Assembly (NCBI GenBank): GCA_030390025.1
Contig: CM059432.1
Span: 66,838,001 to 66,902,000 of the forward strand
Origin: Squalus acanthias
Taxonomy: Eukaryota
Length of the DNA stretch: 64,000 bases
Direction: 5' to 3'
The notes beneath the pieces were generated by a model. The model saw only the letters and a program-made list of their open reading frames with translations. It was not told the origin of the DNA and did no database searches. Shown in pieces: positions 48,226 through 61,880 of this stretch. The translations under genes were made by a program, and so were the position numbers. Numbering within the stretch: the first letter of the stretch is position 1; each line of letters starts with the position of its first letter.

Positions 48226-50849
48226 TAAGAATCTCTAATAAAATGTGTCTACTTTTACTCAGCTTAATTTGTTTCAGAAATGGAGTCTTCCAGTAATGAG
48301 CTTAGCTCAGAATTAATATAGTTGAATCTGTTTATTCCTATCTCTCCTCAGCCAGTTCTAACTGGGTTGACTATTTTCATTGCAACATTTTCATATGATC
48401 CTTGAAATATAGATTTTCCTCCTTGTTGCCAACCAACTTGTTTGCCTCATTCATTCACAGGGATCAAATGTGAATAAATATGATGTAATCCTCCTGATAC
48501 AGGAAAGATATACACACAGAGAGGGATGTTCTCAGAGGTTTTAGCTGTGGTTATTGTTCTCGCAAGAGATTAAGTATGTGAAGAGGATTCATGTGTAGAT
48601 TTATAAGACTGATTTTTCTTTCCCCCCCGCCCCCGCCCACCCCCACCACCTAACACAAGATAGGCAAAGTGCACCAAAAATGTCCCAACACAAGTTGTAA
48701 TTGGACTCCTCCATGCTCTGCATGCAGAGCTAGTATGCGAGCTGGCCTCTGTGGCATCCTATTCCCCTGTCCTAGCTCATTCACATTTGTGCCCGATGAG
48801 TCGCCATGTGAAGACTACTCCTCCAGTATTCTTACCTTGACAATTCTGCTGAGGTCATTAAACTTTTTCTTGTGTTGCAGCTAAGTCCTGGGAGCTAAGG
48901 TGCTGGCATTAACTTCCTCTGCAATCTCTTTCCGCTGGTGGCAAATATGTTGCTTAGAGGCTTGTTGCCCCCTGAGGGAAACAGAATCTCCCTCCTGTTG
49001 TACACCCTCTGGAGTAGGGCCTCTAAAGCAGCATAACAGAACCTGGGTGCCCGCTCTGTACTTCTTTTAGCCATTTCTTTGTTCGGGGCTGCTCGCTTGA
49101 AACATTATAATGAGGTGCCTGCACCAGTTTATACGCACAATGTATTATATCCTGACACAGGTGCACTTGTGAAGTTTTGTAGTCATGAACAAATTCTAGG
49201 TAAGTGTGAAGAGTGAATAATGTTGTCTACTTTTTGGAACATGTCATCTTGTCCAATCGTATTGGCCACCCATCACAGCGTGTTCACATTATCAGAGTGT
49301 CACAGCGAGTAACATGCAATGTATTTCTCAGCATTTGTGCTCATGCATTGCTGGGCATAAGGAATGCCTGTGCACCCCTAGTGTCCAGCATGAGTATGGG
49401 CCTCAGGGAGGATTTAAAATGCAAAAGGTTGATTAGTCCTCGATTGGTTTTGGGACTGTATCAATCAACATTTAGATTATATTCTTTGTTCCTACCAACT
49501 CACCACTCTGTACTGTAATTTCATTGAAGTTCTTATCAATTCTATATTGAAAATAGGTTGATCTTGGAATTGACAAAACAAGTAAGTCCTCAAAAGGTTA
49601 ACTGTTTTTAGTATAAAGGTAAAAGATTCCCATGATGTAATGGTAAATGACTGTTGAAGTTTAGAATTTTAACATTGCATTTGAATCTTGTATATTTACA
49701 ATGTGTTGGAAATGTGAATGTCATCCGCAGCCAAAGAAGCATTTGTAGAATTCTATCACGCATACTATAAAAGGCAACAGAGCTAGCAACTATCCATCAT
49801 CTATTCTTTAGTTGGCAAAAAATGGTTATGCTGTCAAGAAGATCTACATTTTAAACTGCGGTATCAATTTACTACTGTTATGTCAATTTAATTAGCACAA
49901 AGAATAAAGAAAATAATTTTAGACTTGTTTCAGATCCAAAAAAGACAAACTTGTTTCCGTCATACTGCAGCTCCAGGAATCTCTAATAAAATGTGTCTGC
50001 TTTTTTTCAACCTAATTCACTTCAGAAATGCAATCTTTAAGTAAGGAGCTTAGCCTAGGTTTAATAGATTCTAAGGAATTGCCCAAAAGTTTAATCTATT
50101 GTTTATCCTGTTTTGCCCAATGTAAGCAGTGTGAGAGCTAATGACTGCTTGTACCCATATCTTAACTCAACCAATAGAAACTAGTTCTAACTGCAGTTTA
50201 TGTCTCATTACATGATATTGAGAAGATCCTTAAAATATACATTTAACTTCTTGTTACCGGCTGTCCGATACTAGTCACTTCATGGTTTTCTTTTGGAAAA
50301 ATAATTCAGCTTTATAAAAGAAATGAGAGGAAGTTAATCCCTTGTGATAATTCCCATAGCATTAACCAAATCTAAATGCAAGCAAAAGGCCACCCAAGAC
50401 ATCACGAATGCTTAAATTGTATGATAGTTACTTCCTAGTCCATTTTGCACTAAGCTTTTCATTTCTTTCTGGTTTTGGAGATGGTCAGAACTGACTCATA
50501 TCTTGGGCTGGATTAAGATGATGCTCAGAATCCTTTTAAAAATATCGTTTGTTACCTTATTATATAATTAAGAATCTTGAATCTGGCTCACCTCAAAATA
50601 TTACATTTCAAAGTGTCATACATGCACAGTGTATACACTTGCATTTGAGTGGCTCAAATAAGTACTACCTGTTAAGTAACCATACTGAATCACTTAAGTA
50701 TAGACAAACCAGAAGACAGTTAGGAAAAACTACCAATCATGAACCATTAACTCACACAAAACCAACCAATCAAATTGCTAATTTTAAGCCCGTCAATCAG
50801 GAACTAAAAACTGGAGCAAAACAAACCAATCTCCCAATCTGTAGTGCAC

Positions 50850-52130
50850 AGCTGCATCAAACATGTCACCAATGCTTTCCTTGCCAGAGCAAACCAGTAC
50901 ATTACCTTTGTGATGTACATGATGTACGCCAACAGCCAGAATGAGAGACGTCTGGGATTTGCAGCAGTGGCCGGCTTCCCTCTTGTCCAGAGCACAATAG
51001 ACTACACTCATGTAGCTACCAGGGCACTCGAAGATGATCCAGTATCTTATGTGAACAAAAATGGCTTCCACTCCATCAATGCTCAAATGGTGTATCATCA
51101 CCACAGAAGGATAATTCAAGTGTGTGGCATAACGCCTTCATTCTGCAACACCCATCATCCCTCCACTTTTCCATCCATCCAGGATGGCTGCTAGGTAACA
51201 AGGTATACTCCCTCCACACCTGGATGATGATGACATCCCGCCACAGCCCCACTAAGCCTGAGCAATACAGGTACAATGAGATCACCAGGAACATCGTAGA
51301 GCACATCATTGGTATTTTGAAGAAATGGCTTCGATTTTAACTCGAGGTGAGATCAGTTTGTGCGGGGGTCCAGAGCGACTGACAAACTACAGTAGACTGT
51401 CACCAGAGACCCACGGGAACGGCCCCTAGCAACCAGGTAAGTGGTGGTGGTGGGGGGGGTACAGAGGTGATCACGATCAGGGGAGGGGGGGGAAGCCCGG
51501 ACAAGAGAGGCCCAAGGTTTCCTTCTGGGGCCTGGAGGAACACCCTTGATTCTCCTGATCCACAACGAAATTTAAAAACACATTTTAAACTTATTTTGCT
51601 GAACCTCTTCTGACCCTCGATCTAACTTCCAGCAGGTTTGGCTTGGCTGGGAAGCCACCACTGCTCCATGGCTCAGGCCTCAGGTTGAATTTGCAGATCA
51701 GAGTCCTGAAGCGTTATCGGAGCCCCGATCTGTATATTCAAAGAAGACTCCGTTGGCTTGGAGCAGGTGTCCTTGCCACGTGCAATTTAAAATTGCAGTC
51801 AGTCAGATCAAGAGTGGGTAAGTCCACCGCACCAATTTAATTGCTTCCCCACCTGGTTTCTGATAAGTGGGGAGGGGTCTTTAAGATTCAGGTGCCTTGA
51901 TAGCTCTGAGGGCTCCCGATAAGTGGGCCACTTGATTGAGTTTGCTGCAGTTTGTACAACCTGGGAATGCAAAGAAGATCGGAGTCCGAGGAGGCACAGC
52001 AACAAGGGGCATTGTCAAACGAGGATGAATTGGTTGAAGGCATGGGAGAACCACCAGAAGGAGGGCCAGCACTACACATTGCAGCTAGAGAGGCTAGGGA
52101 ACAGTTGATAGAGCAGCGCTTTTGGTGGGT
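50850..52130 (+). pseudogene. Degenerate Harbinger transposase interrupted by a MITE; Myb/SANT remnants on minus at ~48830-49080 and ~53110-53440
   Basis: GFAAVAGFPLVQSTIDYTHVA...YVNKNGFHSINAQMV, GWLLGNKVY...TRNIVEHIIGILKK, resuming FRCLD at ~51886. Confidence 0.75.
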
Positions 52131-52682
52131 GACCTCCTCAATCGCCTTACCTGAAAAGACAGAGAAAGCCCCTCAAACATTAACAGTCCTTGTTAACATC
52201 CCTTCACCACTCCCTTGATTCTACATTGAAGAAGGTTGAAACCATTCAGCCAACCTCTATATCAATGACATTCTGACAATGCAGACTAAGACATTTTAAT
52301 GAGAAGAAAATATAGACCAAAGTTGCACATGTAATAGAGGTGTTGATTTTAATTCCAAACACAATATTGTAGTGAATTCTTTGTCTCCCAAGTGATCAAC
52401 CCATAGTGCTTTCCTTAACAGAAGGTTTCCTCATGGTACTACTCCAACAGTATGCTCACCCAGTGCCTTCAGCAGAGCTGTAACAAGAATTAAAAGTGGT
52501 ACACTGTGGTCTTGTGCTGGGTAGTGAAGGATGCGATGGAGGGGAGGGAATTGTTGAGAGTGCTAGGGGAGGGGGGAATAGGACTGTTGCAATGTGTTGT
52601 TGAGAGAACTGAAGAAATGAGGAGGTGTACGCACCAATGTTCCCCCTAAGGTGCGCGGCCACGTGGCCACACATCAATCACA

Positions 52683-53108
52683 AGCTACTAGCATGGACTG
52701 AGAATTGGTTAACAGACAGAAAACAAAGAGTAGGGATAAACGGGTCTTTTTCAGGATGGCAGGCTGTGACTAGTGGGGTACCGCAAGGGTCGGTTCTTGG
52801 GCCCCAGCTAGTCACAATCTATATCAATGATTTGGACGAGGGGACGAAATGTAACATTTCCAAATTTGCTGATGATACAAAGCTAGGTGGCAGTATCAGT
52901 TGTGAAGAGAATGTGAAGGGGCTTCAAGGGGATCTCGACAGGCTCAGTGAGTGGGTGAGAACATGGCAGATGGAATATAATGTGGATAAATGTGAAGTTA
53001 TCACTTTGGTACAAAAAACAGAAAGGCAGAGTAGTCATGATCTCATTGAATGGCGGAGCAGGCTCGAAGGGCCGAATGGCCTACTCCTGCTCCTATTTAT
53101 GTTCTTAC
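52683..53108 (+). mobile_element. CR1 RT fragment joined to the 3' UTR
   Basis: WLTDRKQRVGINGSFSGW, PQGSVLGP, FADDTKLGG, then the CR1 tail. Confidence 0.9.
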
Positions 53109-55669
53109 AAGGTCCTGCGCAGGTCACTCACCAGCTGCTGCTGCTGGAAGAGATACCACGCAGCAAATTTAAAGGGCCCGTGCAGGAAGAAAAATTAGAG
53201 GGAACATTAGTACATACCCTTGTTACTCTTGTGAGGTCATTGAAGTGCTTCCTGCACTACTCCTGGAGCCGACAACTTCCCCGATCTCTCTCCATGCCTG
53301 GTGCCCTTTTGAGGATACTCCTCGCACTGGCTGGACGGAGAACTTCCGTCCTTGTCTCGACCTCTTCTGGGAGAACCTCCTGGGAGGCCACAGAGAACCT
53401 GGGGGCTTACCTGCATTTCACACTGACTCAGTTTCTTGCTCCACCACTCCAACAGCGGAATCTTGCAGAAGGGAATGCAACCTCAACCTGTTTCTTTGGC
53501 TGCAGAAGTTGAGTTTTGAACTGACACTAAGGGGGAATTTTAACCCTCCATGACGGGTGGCAGAGGGTCGAGAGGGGGGTTTAAAAATGAAAAATAGCGT
53601 AAAGCGACCCCAACCCGCTGCCATTTTTACAGTGGCTGGTTGTGTAGTGTGTCTGTGTTCTGCTCTCAAGGCGGGACAGTTCATTATAATATTTAAATCA
53701 GACTCCCCAGGGCTCGGGAAACCCAGCAGCGAAATAGAGACGGGAGCAGCAGTTCCAGCAGCTAAGCACTTTCTATAGCACTGTTTGTGAGCCAGAAGGA
53801 GCAGCAGTGCTCCCCGTGGCCTCTCAAGCAAACCTACCCGCAATCCTTGCCTCCTTCCACGTGATCTACTGACACCCACCAGATCCGCGGTCTCAAGTAT
53901 CCCTCCTCACGATCTTTCCCTGCATCCCTCCCAATTGCCAGTCCGACCCCCCACCCCAACCTTCTGCCCCATGATCTTTGCTTCCCTCCCCACGATCTGC
54001 CAACCCCTGCCCAACCCATGATCTCAAGCCTCCCTCTCCCGATCTCTTACTCTTTCACTCCCTCCTCCCCTTCTGGCCCGTGATTTTTGTCTCCCTTCGC
54101 ATGATCTGCCAACCACCTCCCCCACCACCGCTCCCCCCCCCACCACCCCTACCATGCCCTGATCTTTCCCTCCCTCCCCCCTAGTTGCCTCGCTCTGAGT
54201 CCCCCCACCACGTCGCGATCTTTTCTGATTGCTGGGGATCTCCCCAAAGGCCCCTGGCTGCGGCTTTCTACCGTTGGTTTTTCCACCCGGCAGTTAGCCA
54301 GCTTGTCAATTTGAATAAGAAAATGATAATGAGGTCCTGCCATTAAATTCGGCAGCATCTCCGCGTTCTCGGGATTTCCGGGTGTCCCCTGTTACTGTGC
54401 TCACCCACTTCCTCTCCGCCTCCCCGTAAATAATGGGGCCCAAAAGTCACTGAACAAAAAATGGCCTGGAGTTAAAATTGGGCCTCATTTTCCAGATTGT
54501 ACACATTTGGCAAAACGTTTAAAAGCCTGATAGCACCTCTATCCAGGATCTGGGATATATCTCACAGTGTCTTGTCCCAGCAATTCCAAACTTTTTGATA
54601 CTGAATAGCAAGTGGAATATCTTGATTTTAAAAAAAAGTGTAAATGTAACATCAAAGGTAACTTGGATCTTCATAAATATTTAAGTCTCTTTCCCACCAA
54701 TGGATGTTAAATTATCTTCTCATAAGTAGCCTAGCTGCTTACGATCCTACCATTTATAATAAATTATTTAATTTTATTACAGTGATATTTTAATGCCCAA
54801 TGCAACAATTATTCACATGTGAACAACAAAAAGACACAACATGGGCTGTTTCACTACAATTTAATAGGTGATTGTTCAGACTAGAGCCTGGGACTCAATG
54901 CGCAAAGAATTAAAAGTAACAGTTAATAGGCTCTTATATAATAATAATATTAATTGTTGAAAAGTAAGAAGGGCATTGCAGATTTTTCTCGTTGGAATGT
55001 AAGTCAGTTAAAACTTCCTTCTGAGTAGAGCTAAAATCACCCACATAAAGCCCTCAGTTATAACACTATGGTCTTTATTCATAAAGCTTATGCTGATCTG
55101 CAAAAACGGGTTTTTGCAAATTTCAGTAATTTATCTACAAATGGTCATTTTGCAGCTAGATGCAGAAAAATGCGTAACAAATAAAAGACAATTATCTCAG
55201 CAGATCAGCATTGTAAATGAGTGAAAGCCTGTGGGGTCCCCTTAAAATATCCAGATCGGGCTCCGATGACAATAATGGAGCTCTGATCTGCGATTTCGAC
55301 CTGAGGCCTGAGCAGGGGGGGGGGAGCAGTGGTGGCGTCCCCGCCAAGCCAAACCTGCTGGAAGCTAGATCGAGGGCCAGAAGAGGTACACCTAGGTAAG
55401 TTTAATTGTTTTGTAAAGTTTCCTTGTGGATCAGGAGAAGCAGGAGTGTTCCCCCAGGCCCCAGAAGGAAACCTTGGGTCTCCCTTGCCCCGGGCTTTGC
55501 TTCCCTCCCCTGATCGTGATCACTACTGGACCCTCACCACTTACCTGATTGCCGGGGACTGTTCCCACGGGTCTCTGGTGGTAGTCTCCTGCCACTCGAA
55601 TTTATGAAGCATTCCTCATGATATGGCTGTCTTCATAACTTTAAAAAACATTTTCAATTACATGCAATT

Positions 55670-58582
55670 GCCCAGATTTTGCTGTCAGCAGCGAAGGGAT
55701 GGCATTCACCACTGACCTTGAAGTAAGCTTCCTGCAAAGATTTAGTGGGCTGTGTGGCATCGATTTCCCTTATTCCATCGTCAGTTTCAATCTGGCTCCA
55801 TATATAAGGGATCTGTGGTGTCCAGGAACAGTAAGTCATCAAGCAGGCTGAGCAGCCAATCAGGTTGAAGAATTCTCACAGTCAGCAAACCAGGAAGTAA
55901 AAATCACTGATTATCATTCACATTTTAATAATTTTATAGAAAGTGAAATAAAGATTGGGGCATACACATGGGATTAAGGTTGAAGCTGAAATATCATAAA
56001 CAAACTTAAAAAAATAAAAATTAAAATTAATTTTTATTATTTTAAAAATCTATGTAATTTTTATCATGGAATGGACGGAAAGACACTCCACACTTATAAT
56101 ATTAGTTTTTCTTCCCAGAGAGGTTGTTCAGCAGTAATTCTGACTTAGTATGCCATTAAAAACTCAAGTTACACCTCATTAAACAAGGCTTAACAATTTC
56201 AATGGTTTTTACAGCGAGAATAGTGCGTAAAAAGTTGAAGTTCACGTCAAATCACCGATTCTGTGTTGATTGCATCAGCAAAGACTGCAACAGTGCACCC
56301 TGTGGAGGAGTAGGATATCACTGACAGCAACTTCTGGATTTTGTGTTTAGAAGCATAGCATAGAAGCATAGAAGATAGGAGCAGGAGTAGGCCATTCGGC
56401 CCCTCGAGCCTGCTCCGCCATTTAATGAGATCATGGCTGATCATCCAAATTCAGTATCCTGTCCCTGCTTTCTCCCCATATCCCTTGATCCCTTTAGCCT
56501 TAAGAAATATATCTATCTCCTTCTTGAATATATTTAATGACTTGGCCTCAACTGCCTTCTGTGGTAGAGAATTCCACAGGTTCACCACTCTCTGGGTGAA
56601 GAAATTCCTCCTCATCTCAGTCCTAAATGGCTTACCCCTTATCCTTAGACTGTGACCTCTGGTTCTGGACTCGCCCACCATTGGGAACATTCTTCCTGCA
56701 TCTAGTCTGTCTAGTCCTGTTAGAATTTTATAAGTTTCAATGAGATCCCCTCTCATTCTTTTAAACTCTAGCGAATATAAGCCTAATCGACCCAATCTCT
56801 CTTCATACGTCATTCCTGCCATCCCAGGTATCAGTCTGGTAAATCTTCGCTGCACTCCCTCCATGGCAAGAACATCCTTCTCAGATAAGGCGACCAAAAC
56901 TGCACACAATACTCAAGGTGTGGTCTCACCAAGGCCTTGTACAACTGCAGCAAGACATCCTTGCTCCTGTACTCGAATCCTCTCGCTATGAAGGCCAACT
57001 TACTATTTGCCTTCTTAACCGTCTGCTGCACGTGCATGCTTACCTTCAGCGACTGGTGCACAAGGACTCCCAGATCTCGTTGCACTTCCCCTTTTCCCAA
57101 TCTATTGCTGTTCAGATAATGATCTGTCTTCTTGTTTTTGCCACCGAAGTGGATAAGCTCGCATTTATCTACATTATACTGCATCTGCCATGCATCTGCC
57201 CAATCACCAAACGTGTCCAAATCATACTGGACTTTCGCTGCATCCTCCTCACAGCACATACGCCTACCCAGCTTTGTGTTGTCTGCAAACTTAGAGATAT
57301 TACATCTAGTTCCCTCATCTAGATCATTAATATATATTGTGAATAGCTGGGGTCCTTGCACCGATCCCTACGGTACCCCACTAGTCACTGCCTGCCACTC
57401 GGAAAAAGACCAGTTTATTCCAACTCTTTGCTTCCTGTCTGCCAACCAGTTCTCTATCCAAATCAGTACCTTTCCCCCAATCCCATGTGCTTTAACTTTG
57501 CACACTAATCTCTTATGCAGGACCTTATCGAAAGCCTTCTGAAAGTCCAAATACACCACATCCACTGGTTCTCCCTTATCTATTCTACCAGTTACATCCT
57601 CAAAAAATTCCAGTAGATTAGTCAGGCATGATTTCCCTTTTGTAAATCCATGTTGACTTTGTCTGATCCTGTCACTGTTTTCCAAGTGCTCTGCTATTAC
57701 ATCTTTTATAATGGACTTTAGCATTTTGCCCACTACCGATGTCAGGCTTACACCAGTCTATAATTCTCTGTTTTTTCTCTACCACCTTTTTTAAATAGTG
57801 GGGTTACATTAGCTACCCTCCAATCCATGGGAACTGTTCCAGAGTCTATAGAATTTTGAAAGATGACCAGCAATGCATCTACTATTTCTAGGGCCACTTC
57901 CTTAAGTACCCTAGGATGTAAATTATCAGGCCCTGGGGATTTATCAGCCTTCAATCCCGTCAATTTCCCTAACACCATTTCCCTACAAATACTGATTGCA
58001 TTCAATTCCTCCCTCTCATTAGACCCTATGTTCCCTGACATCTCTGGGAGTTTATTTGTGTCCTCCTTTGTGAAGACAGAACCAAAGTATGTATGTAATT
58101 GGTCTGCCATTTCTTTGTTCCCCATTATAAATTCCCCTGATTCTGACTGCAAGGGACCTACGCTTGACTTCACCAATCTTTTTCTCTTCACATATCTATA
58201 GAAGCTTTTACAGTCAGTTTTTATGTTCCCTGCAAGCTTACTCTCATATTCTATTTTCCCCCTCTTAATTAATCCCTTTGTCCTCCTTTGCTGAATCCTA
58301 AACTGCTCCCAATCCTCAGGTTTGCTGCTTTTTCTGGCCAATTTATATGTCCTCTCCTTGGATCTTATGCTATCCCTAATTTCCCTTGTTAGCCACGGTT
58401 GAGTCACCTTTTTTGTTTTATTTTTATCAAACAGGGATGAACAAATTCTGTAGTTCATCCATGCGATCTTTAAATGTTTAATTGTGCATGTGCAGACGCC
58501 AGGCGTTGCTGTCAATTTTACACAGTAATGATGGCGAGCACTGACAGTTTTGCCTATCATTACAACCACAAATTCTGGGCCG
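55670..58582. mobile_element. Harbinger-type non-autonomous element interrupted by CR1
   Basis: Ends gcccagattttgc / cacaaattctgggcc; internal similarity (inverted) to 46540-46990. Confidence 0.55.
56350..58475 (-). mobile_element. 5'-truncated CR1 LINE, frameshifted
   Basis: ORFs 57748-58614, 57368-57733, 56831-57361, 56451-56909 carry CR1 ORF2 motifs; (agaagcat)n tail. Confidence 0.95.
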
Positions 58583-59254
58583 ATTGCTTTCAACTGGTGA
58601 AGTACATGCCTCATGCTGGTAAAATTGCTACTCAGCTGGACTTAGAAACAGAAACTAACGGAATTAGCATCAGTGCTACTATCAGTGACACACAGTTATA
58701 GTTATTAGGGCCCTTCATCTCATAATCTGGTAAAGCACTTCTGCAGATCGTTGATTTTATATGTAAGGCTTGAATAGTTCACTCTTCTTCATCAATGTTA
58801 GATTATTTTAAACAATTCATAAATTCAACACATTTATAGGTTCCTTTTGTAAAGGGTAACAGTTTATGTCCAGTCTAATTCCCCTGTTACTTTATTGAAC
58901 ATGCACAGATCCCTCCCCTATCCCCAACTTCCCTCCATGAAGGAATCACTATAACAAATTGCACCAGTCACCAAATGTCCCAGACAAAGGTTCCTGAACC
59001 CAGAGCAGTTGGAGTCATTTAATTGTTTGAGACTTTCAATGGGGGCAGATGTTTTCAGATCACTCTCTCTGTTTTTATTGGGGTGCTAGAGCCAGTTGCT
59101 CCTGACTTGTAGCTCTTGTGAACCCAAAGGTACAGATTTGCTAAGGTTGGCAGCAGGAAGACCAATCAGGCTTCTTCTGTAGCCTGGTCCATCAAAATCC
59201 TCATCTGACTCTTCTACTGCAGAACTAGTGTGCAGGTCAGATGGAAACTGCTTA

Positions 59255-59990
59255 AAAATCATAGAATGATTGAAATTTTGGTGCAGAAAAAGACCATTCA
59301 GCCCATGGTGCCTGTGCCTATGCCTGTGCTAGTGGTAGTTCCTGCACCGGAGTGATCTACTATTATCCTATTACCCTGCCCTTTCCCTTAACTATTTTTA
59401 TTTTTCAAGTGTTTATCTAATTCACTCTTAAATGTCCTGATTGAATTAGCTTCAATAGTCACTTCTTGCAAAAAGTTCCACTGTACTAACAACTACACAT
59501 GAAAACATTTCTTGTAATCTCCTCTTTATGCGATAGTACTACAACCCATTGTTACTAATTTCTGGTATCATCTTAGTGAATCTACATTGCACCTTTTCTA
59601 TGGCTGCAATATTGTTTTGATAATGGGTGCGCAACTGCACTCAATATTTAACTATGATCTTACCAATATCTTGTACATACTTATAATCACTTCCTTCCTT
59701 TGGTGATCAGTGCCTCTATATATACAATCAGGAATCCCATTTGTCTTTTTATGACTTTTTTCACTTGTACTCCTGCTTTTAAAGATCTGGACATATATTC
59801 CTTTTGTGTCTGTTTATATGATCTATGCACTTTGAGAATTCTACCAATTAGAATATAATTCCACTCTCTTTTCTCCAAAATGCACTTCTTTATATTTAGC
59901 TATGAGAACTGAATTTGCTCACTCCCCTAATATGTCAAAGTCCTCTTATAGCCCCCTTCATTCTTTCTTGCTGTTTGCTGTGCCTTTATT
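59255..59990 (-). mobile_element. Old degenerate CR1 3' fragment
   Basis: aatcatagaat tail and degenerate ORF2 C-terminal similarity. Confidence 0.55.
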
Positions 59991-60439
59991 TGAGAAAAAT
60001 ATATTTTGTAGGCTTTTCAGTGGAATAGGCCTTTTAGATTCAAAGTTATTCTTGTCAGCAGTTTGTGTAACTGTCATTGTACACCTATGTCAGAAGCCAT
60101 TTTTGTCTAAGTGGTTATCTTATGTTTATGGGATCAAATGGGAATCGTAGGTTGACTGTTTCTGCCTATTTTGGAATGTGTGGGAGTTGTTAGGATGGTA
60201 CTTGGCTTGGGGAAACATTGAAATCTATTGACATACAGGCACAAAAGCAGACTCAAGTTCCCATAATATAATTTAATATGAGTGATTTAATGTATATAAG
60301 GCAGACATAAAGCATTGAATATTTCACATCGAAGTGGAATGGGACACGCTCAGGTGTTACCACAAGGCCATTCGAGATCGACCACCTCAAAATCTTATAG
60401 ATGTTAGGAGTTTGTATCTCTTTTTTTTTACAATATTAT

Positions 60440-61332
60440 GGGGGAAAACTTCAGTTGGTTGCGCCTCCCGTTAGCGCCTTAAGAGGGCGCTAATGGGGCG
60501 CAAAGCAACTAGCACCCGGGCGCGGCGATGTTTGCGCTGCTCGTGAAATTGACTAGACATTTTGCGGTGGTGCTAAACACTACCACCACGATCTCCTGCG
60601 CCGGCAGATCGTGACGTCAGTCGAGTGCGCAACGCCCCGGTAGTGCCCCGGAGTGGATATTGAGTGGCGCCTCCTGCCTTACCGCCTGCCGCTAGCAACG
60701 ACCGGTTGAGGGGAGCATTTTTCAGTCAGGAAGGGACTGGGGGAGCACTATTGAAAGGTGACCGCTTCCTGCCTTTTTTTGTTGGTGACATTTTTGAACC
60801 ACGCATTCTGAGAGAGAGAGAGAGGAACTTCTGGAGAGATTCAACGCTGTGTGAAAGAGTTTTGGGTACTGAGCAGCACTTTGCAGGTGCATTTTGATTT
60901 GCCCTTCCTTGTATCGATTTAGAAGAGACTGTGGGGTTTGCACTCTGAGCTCTTTCCCTGGTTGTCTCTATTGTTCTTTCTAGCAGATTTGATGTACAGG
61001 TCTCTCCAGGCCGAGATTCAAGGCTGCAATGAGCAGGATGTGGATGGAAAGCAAGATCAACCCTCCCCTTTAAGAACTGGCCAGCGCCATTGTGTCTGTG
61101 TTCCATTACTGACTGACATCACACGAGCTTCGCCAGCGCTCTGAGTTAGCGCCTCGCTCCTCGGCCTTTGCGCCTTAAGACAGATGTGTAGCGCCTGATT
61201 TAGTGCTCCAATCACCTCCAGGGGCGATAAAAGTCAAGTTTGCAGTCGGAGGCGATAATTAGCGCCAGGCGCTAATCTTTGCGCCCGGCCGATAATTGCG
61301 CCCCAAACGGGGCGATACTGAATTTTTCCCCC
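60440..61332 (-). mobile_element. MITE family A, copy 3
   Basis: Reverse complement of 7234-8114; TIRs GGGGGAAAACTTCAG / CTGAATTTTTCCCCC; TSD TAT. Confidence 0.9.
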
Positions 61333-61712
61333 TATAAGTATAATCTTTGTATTTTAACCCCTTTGCTTATATTATTGTAGCTTTGTTTTTTATCAATATA
61401 ATAAAACATTCCGGGGGTTAACTTGGCTAACATCTGAAAACGAGCATGGGGATCGTGGTGCACAATTAACCTGCGCCCGTTCATTGTGATGCAGGCAGCA
61501 CAGTAAATTGGTTCTGCCTGCTCTTTTACATGATTTTTGCATGCAGCCCGTGCTCCCCGCGCTGTCTATTGGCTGCACGCACCAACAGGGGGCCCAATAT
61601 TGCGAGTGGCTAGTGCTCCTTAAAGGCAACCTGTGCCTCTTAAAGGGGAGGTGCGTTGTGGCTGCACAAAGTGGTGTGAGTTTTTTCAAAAGGCAATGTG
61701 ATACTTTGAGCA

Positions 61713-61880
61713 ATGGCTGAACATGCAAGAGAGTGAGCACCAAAGTTTTCAGACACTGCACTGGATGTCTTGGTGGAAGAAGTGAAAAGAAGGAGAGACG
61801 CCTGGTATCTGCAGGGGGGCAGGATGCCCTCCAGGTATATCCTCAGGAGGCAGTGGGAATAAGTAACTGCGAAAGTCAAT
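61713..61880 (+). pseudogene. Harbinger Myb/SANT-like ORF start, cut by CR1
   Basis: MAEHARE*APKFSDTALDVLVEEVKRRRDAWY...RRQWE*VTAKVN. Confidence 0.65.

Noticed and set aside
52625..53512. 295-aa ORF as a novel RT fusion protein
   Set aside because: Chance read-through from a CR1 RT fragment across its 3' UTR into the antisense strand of a Harbinger Myb remnant.
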